A stretch of 64,000 nucleotides of DNA from Calditrichaceae bacterium (GTDB lineage Bacteria > Calditrichota > Calditrichia > Calditrichales > JBFXGD01). Both the position numbers and the translations under genes were made by a program. Shown piece after piece: positions 63,681 through 64,000 of this stretch. The notes under the pieces are model-generated. The model worked only from the letters and a program-made list of their open reading frames with translations, made no database searches and was not told the DNA's origin. How positions within the stretch are numbered: the stretch's first letter is position 1; every line of letters begins with the position of its first letter. Where the stretch lies: the NCBI GenBank assembly GCA_050173015.1, contig JBFXLE010000005.1, positions 96,001 through 160,000 on the forward strand. Direction: 5' to 3'.

Positions 63681-63811
63681 TGCTAACAATGTATAAAAAA
63701 ATAGGCGGTTTAGTAATAAATTCAAGGGCTGTAGCCCGATTCAACTTTCGTTGTATCTTGAAAGTGAAGTGCATTAAAATCCCGCACTACGCATAGCCGA
63801 AACCGTTAACC
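63681..63811 (+). repeat. attC-like site 3 (131 bp)
   Basis: TGCTAAC-AAT-GTATAAAAAAATAGGCGG ... CCGCACTACGCATAGCCGAAACC-GTTAACC; centre is 28/34 identical to site 2. Confidence 0.8.
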
Positions 63812-63833
63812 TTTAATAAATACCCGAAATCAA

Positions 63834-64000
63834 TTGAAAAAAATATTTACATCAATAGTCATACAGGACAAAGAAGAAAAGAAAGAGTATCGATGGCAGG
63901 TTTCGATAACGGTACTCATTCTGTTTATTTTCGGTTCAGTCATAAATATACCATTTAGCAGAGAAGTCAAAAAATTAAACATAGAAGCCGGCAAGACAGG
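63834..64000 (+). CDS. Cassette 4: 5' part of a membrane protein, truncated by the window end
   Basis: Open frame from TTG 63834: MKKIFTSIVIQDKEEKKEYRWQVSITVLILFIFGSVINIPFSREVKKLNIEAGKT... Confidence 0.55.
   Translation, partial: MKKIFTSIVIQDKEEKKEYRWQVSITVLILFIFGSVINIPFSREVKKLNIEAGKT

Larger units (their letters stand above)
57649..64000 (+). mobile_element. Integron-like gene cassette array (integrase remnant, attI-like site, at least 4 cassettes); continues past the window end
   Basis: Three related 130-131 bp AAC...GTT imperfect palindromes between co-oriented unrelated genes; end-core complementarity within each cassette; visibly lower GC than the backbone. Confidence 0.88.

Overview
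Chromosomal origin region of a diderm, probably FCB-group bacterium (Calditrichota-like by overall impression; not verifiable here). Positions 1-56 kb are mostly housekeeping genes. On the minus strand lie pta-coaD-rsmD, a type IV pilus-like trio and dnaN-recF-DUF721-gyrB-gyrA-rex. Next comes a DnaA-box-rich oriC with no dnaA gene beside it. On the plus strand follow rpmH-rnpA-yidD-yidC-mnmE-mnmG-rsmG-murQ with two parS sites, then glycogen, LPS and central-metabolism genes and a nifJ/DHOD-like pair. A ParB-like plus spore-photoproduct-lyase-like gene pair lies on the minus strand after murQ. The last ~6.5 kb is the most notable part: an AT-rich integron-like cassette array. It consists of a tyrosine recombinase C-terminal remnant, a co-directional attI-like site, and at least four cassettes separated by 130-131 bp attC-like hairpins. 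The 5' GTT core of each complete cassette is the reverse complement of its own 3' AAC core. One cassette carries a beta-class DNA methyltransferase plus a DGQHR-domain protein with a possible nuclease N-terminus, a candidate anti-phage system. All calls come from motif reading by eye; no database searches were run.
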